Assembly (NCBI GenBank): GCA_977017575.1
Contig: CDRNVI010000067.1
Location: 1-64,000 of the forward strand
Source: Paramoeba atlantica
Taxonomy: Eukaryota; Protista; Discosea
Direction of reading: 5' to 3'
DNA length: 64,000 nucleotides
Positions 63,215 to 64,000 of the stretch are shown piece after piece. The notes under the pieces were generated by a model. That model searched no databases, was not told the origin of the DNA, and saw only the letters and a list, made by a program, of their open reading frames with translations. The number at the start of each line of letters is the position of its first letter. Position 1 is the stretch's first letter. Made by a program: the position numbers and the translations under genes.

Positions 63215-64000
63215 AAAATTTCTTTTTTAGGCTCTTCGTTAAACGCGGTGGTTGCTTTCAACTTAGAAGTCACTCGTGCTGCGCGCTTCGCGTTGAAAAC
63301 TACCGCCGCGTTTAACGAAGAGCCTAAAAAAGAAAATTTAGCCGGGAAAACGGAAAGATTATAGCCAAAAATAGCCGAATTTCGGGTACAAATGGGGTCA
63401 TTTTCGCATATTTTTGCTCTCAGAGCACTAAATCCGACATTTGCGCGTGGGAAATCACTCGCAGGCATGAATGAAAGCCTACCGAACGTATTGGGTAGAG
63501 AATGCGACTCCAACCATACCATTCTTTCGACACAAAAATGCCCCTTTAGGTCCGAAAAATACTTTTTCACCTTTTTTAGTCAAAAATGGGTCATTTTGAG
63601 GGGCGCACCACAGTTCGAAGAAGTGATACCTTGCGAAAACAACTGCGTAGAAAGCTAGTGTAGGTCCCAAACTATCAAAATACAATAGGGGAAACGATTT
63701 TGGAAAAATATTTTTTTTGTCATTTTTTTCGCCAAGTTGAAATTTTTTTCAAAAAATTTTTTCCGAAAAATTCCGAACTTGGCGGACCCGTCCTGCGGAT
63801 ACGCGGGGGGGTCAACCCCGGGTAGGGGGGTGGAAAATGCGCGCCAAGACCCCGGCTACCCTTTCTGCGGTTTTTTTTCGAAAACTAATTTTTTCGAAAA
63901 AATTTGCTCGACCATGCCCCCCCCCCCCTGGACCCCCCCCCTGGACCCCCCCCCTGGACCCCCCCCATGGACCCCCCCCATGGACCCCCCATTTTTTTCA
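63215..64000 (+). mobile_element. HINE-like element running off the window end
   Basis: Colinear with 13075-13810: 5' palindrome 63215-63338, expanded (C)nTGGA/(C)nATGGA microsatellite at 63915-63990. Confidence 0.8.

Overview
Eukaryotic nuclear DNA, most likely from a kinetoplastid, possibly a Perkinsela-like prokinetoplastid. That assignment is inferred, not proven. It rests on about 17 intronless host genes all on the + strand (polycistronic-style layout), a family of short LRR genes, a cluster of divergent tRNA pairs, and a spliced-leader-like sequence. Host genes: FAM210/DUF1279-like pair, amino-acid transporter, MhpD/FAH-family hydratase, ATM1, CCDC25, ZPR1, DENR, cyclophilin, a LisH protein, SEC12/PREB-like and five LRR genes. 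More than half the window is mobile DNA. It includes several TA-flanked Tc1/mariner elements and MITEs, a pogo-like pseudogene, two ISL2EU/Harbinger-like transposase remnants, an IS30-type transposase fragment and a degenerate Helitron Rep. It also holds a non-autonomous hairpin-ended family that shares the Helitron's 3' end, a near-intact APE-RT-RNaseH LINE with TSD and (TG)n tail, and CRE-like and tyrosine-recombinase-like fragments. The most unusual signals are four. (1) Strand-symmetric C/A-rich to G/T-rich switches recur inside host genes. (2) A Helitron/HINE-like system is present. (3) An IS30-type DD33E transposase is embedded among native repeats. (4) A spliced-leader exon relic lacks its intron. 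All family calls come from motifs recognised by eye; no searches were run.
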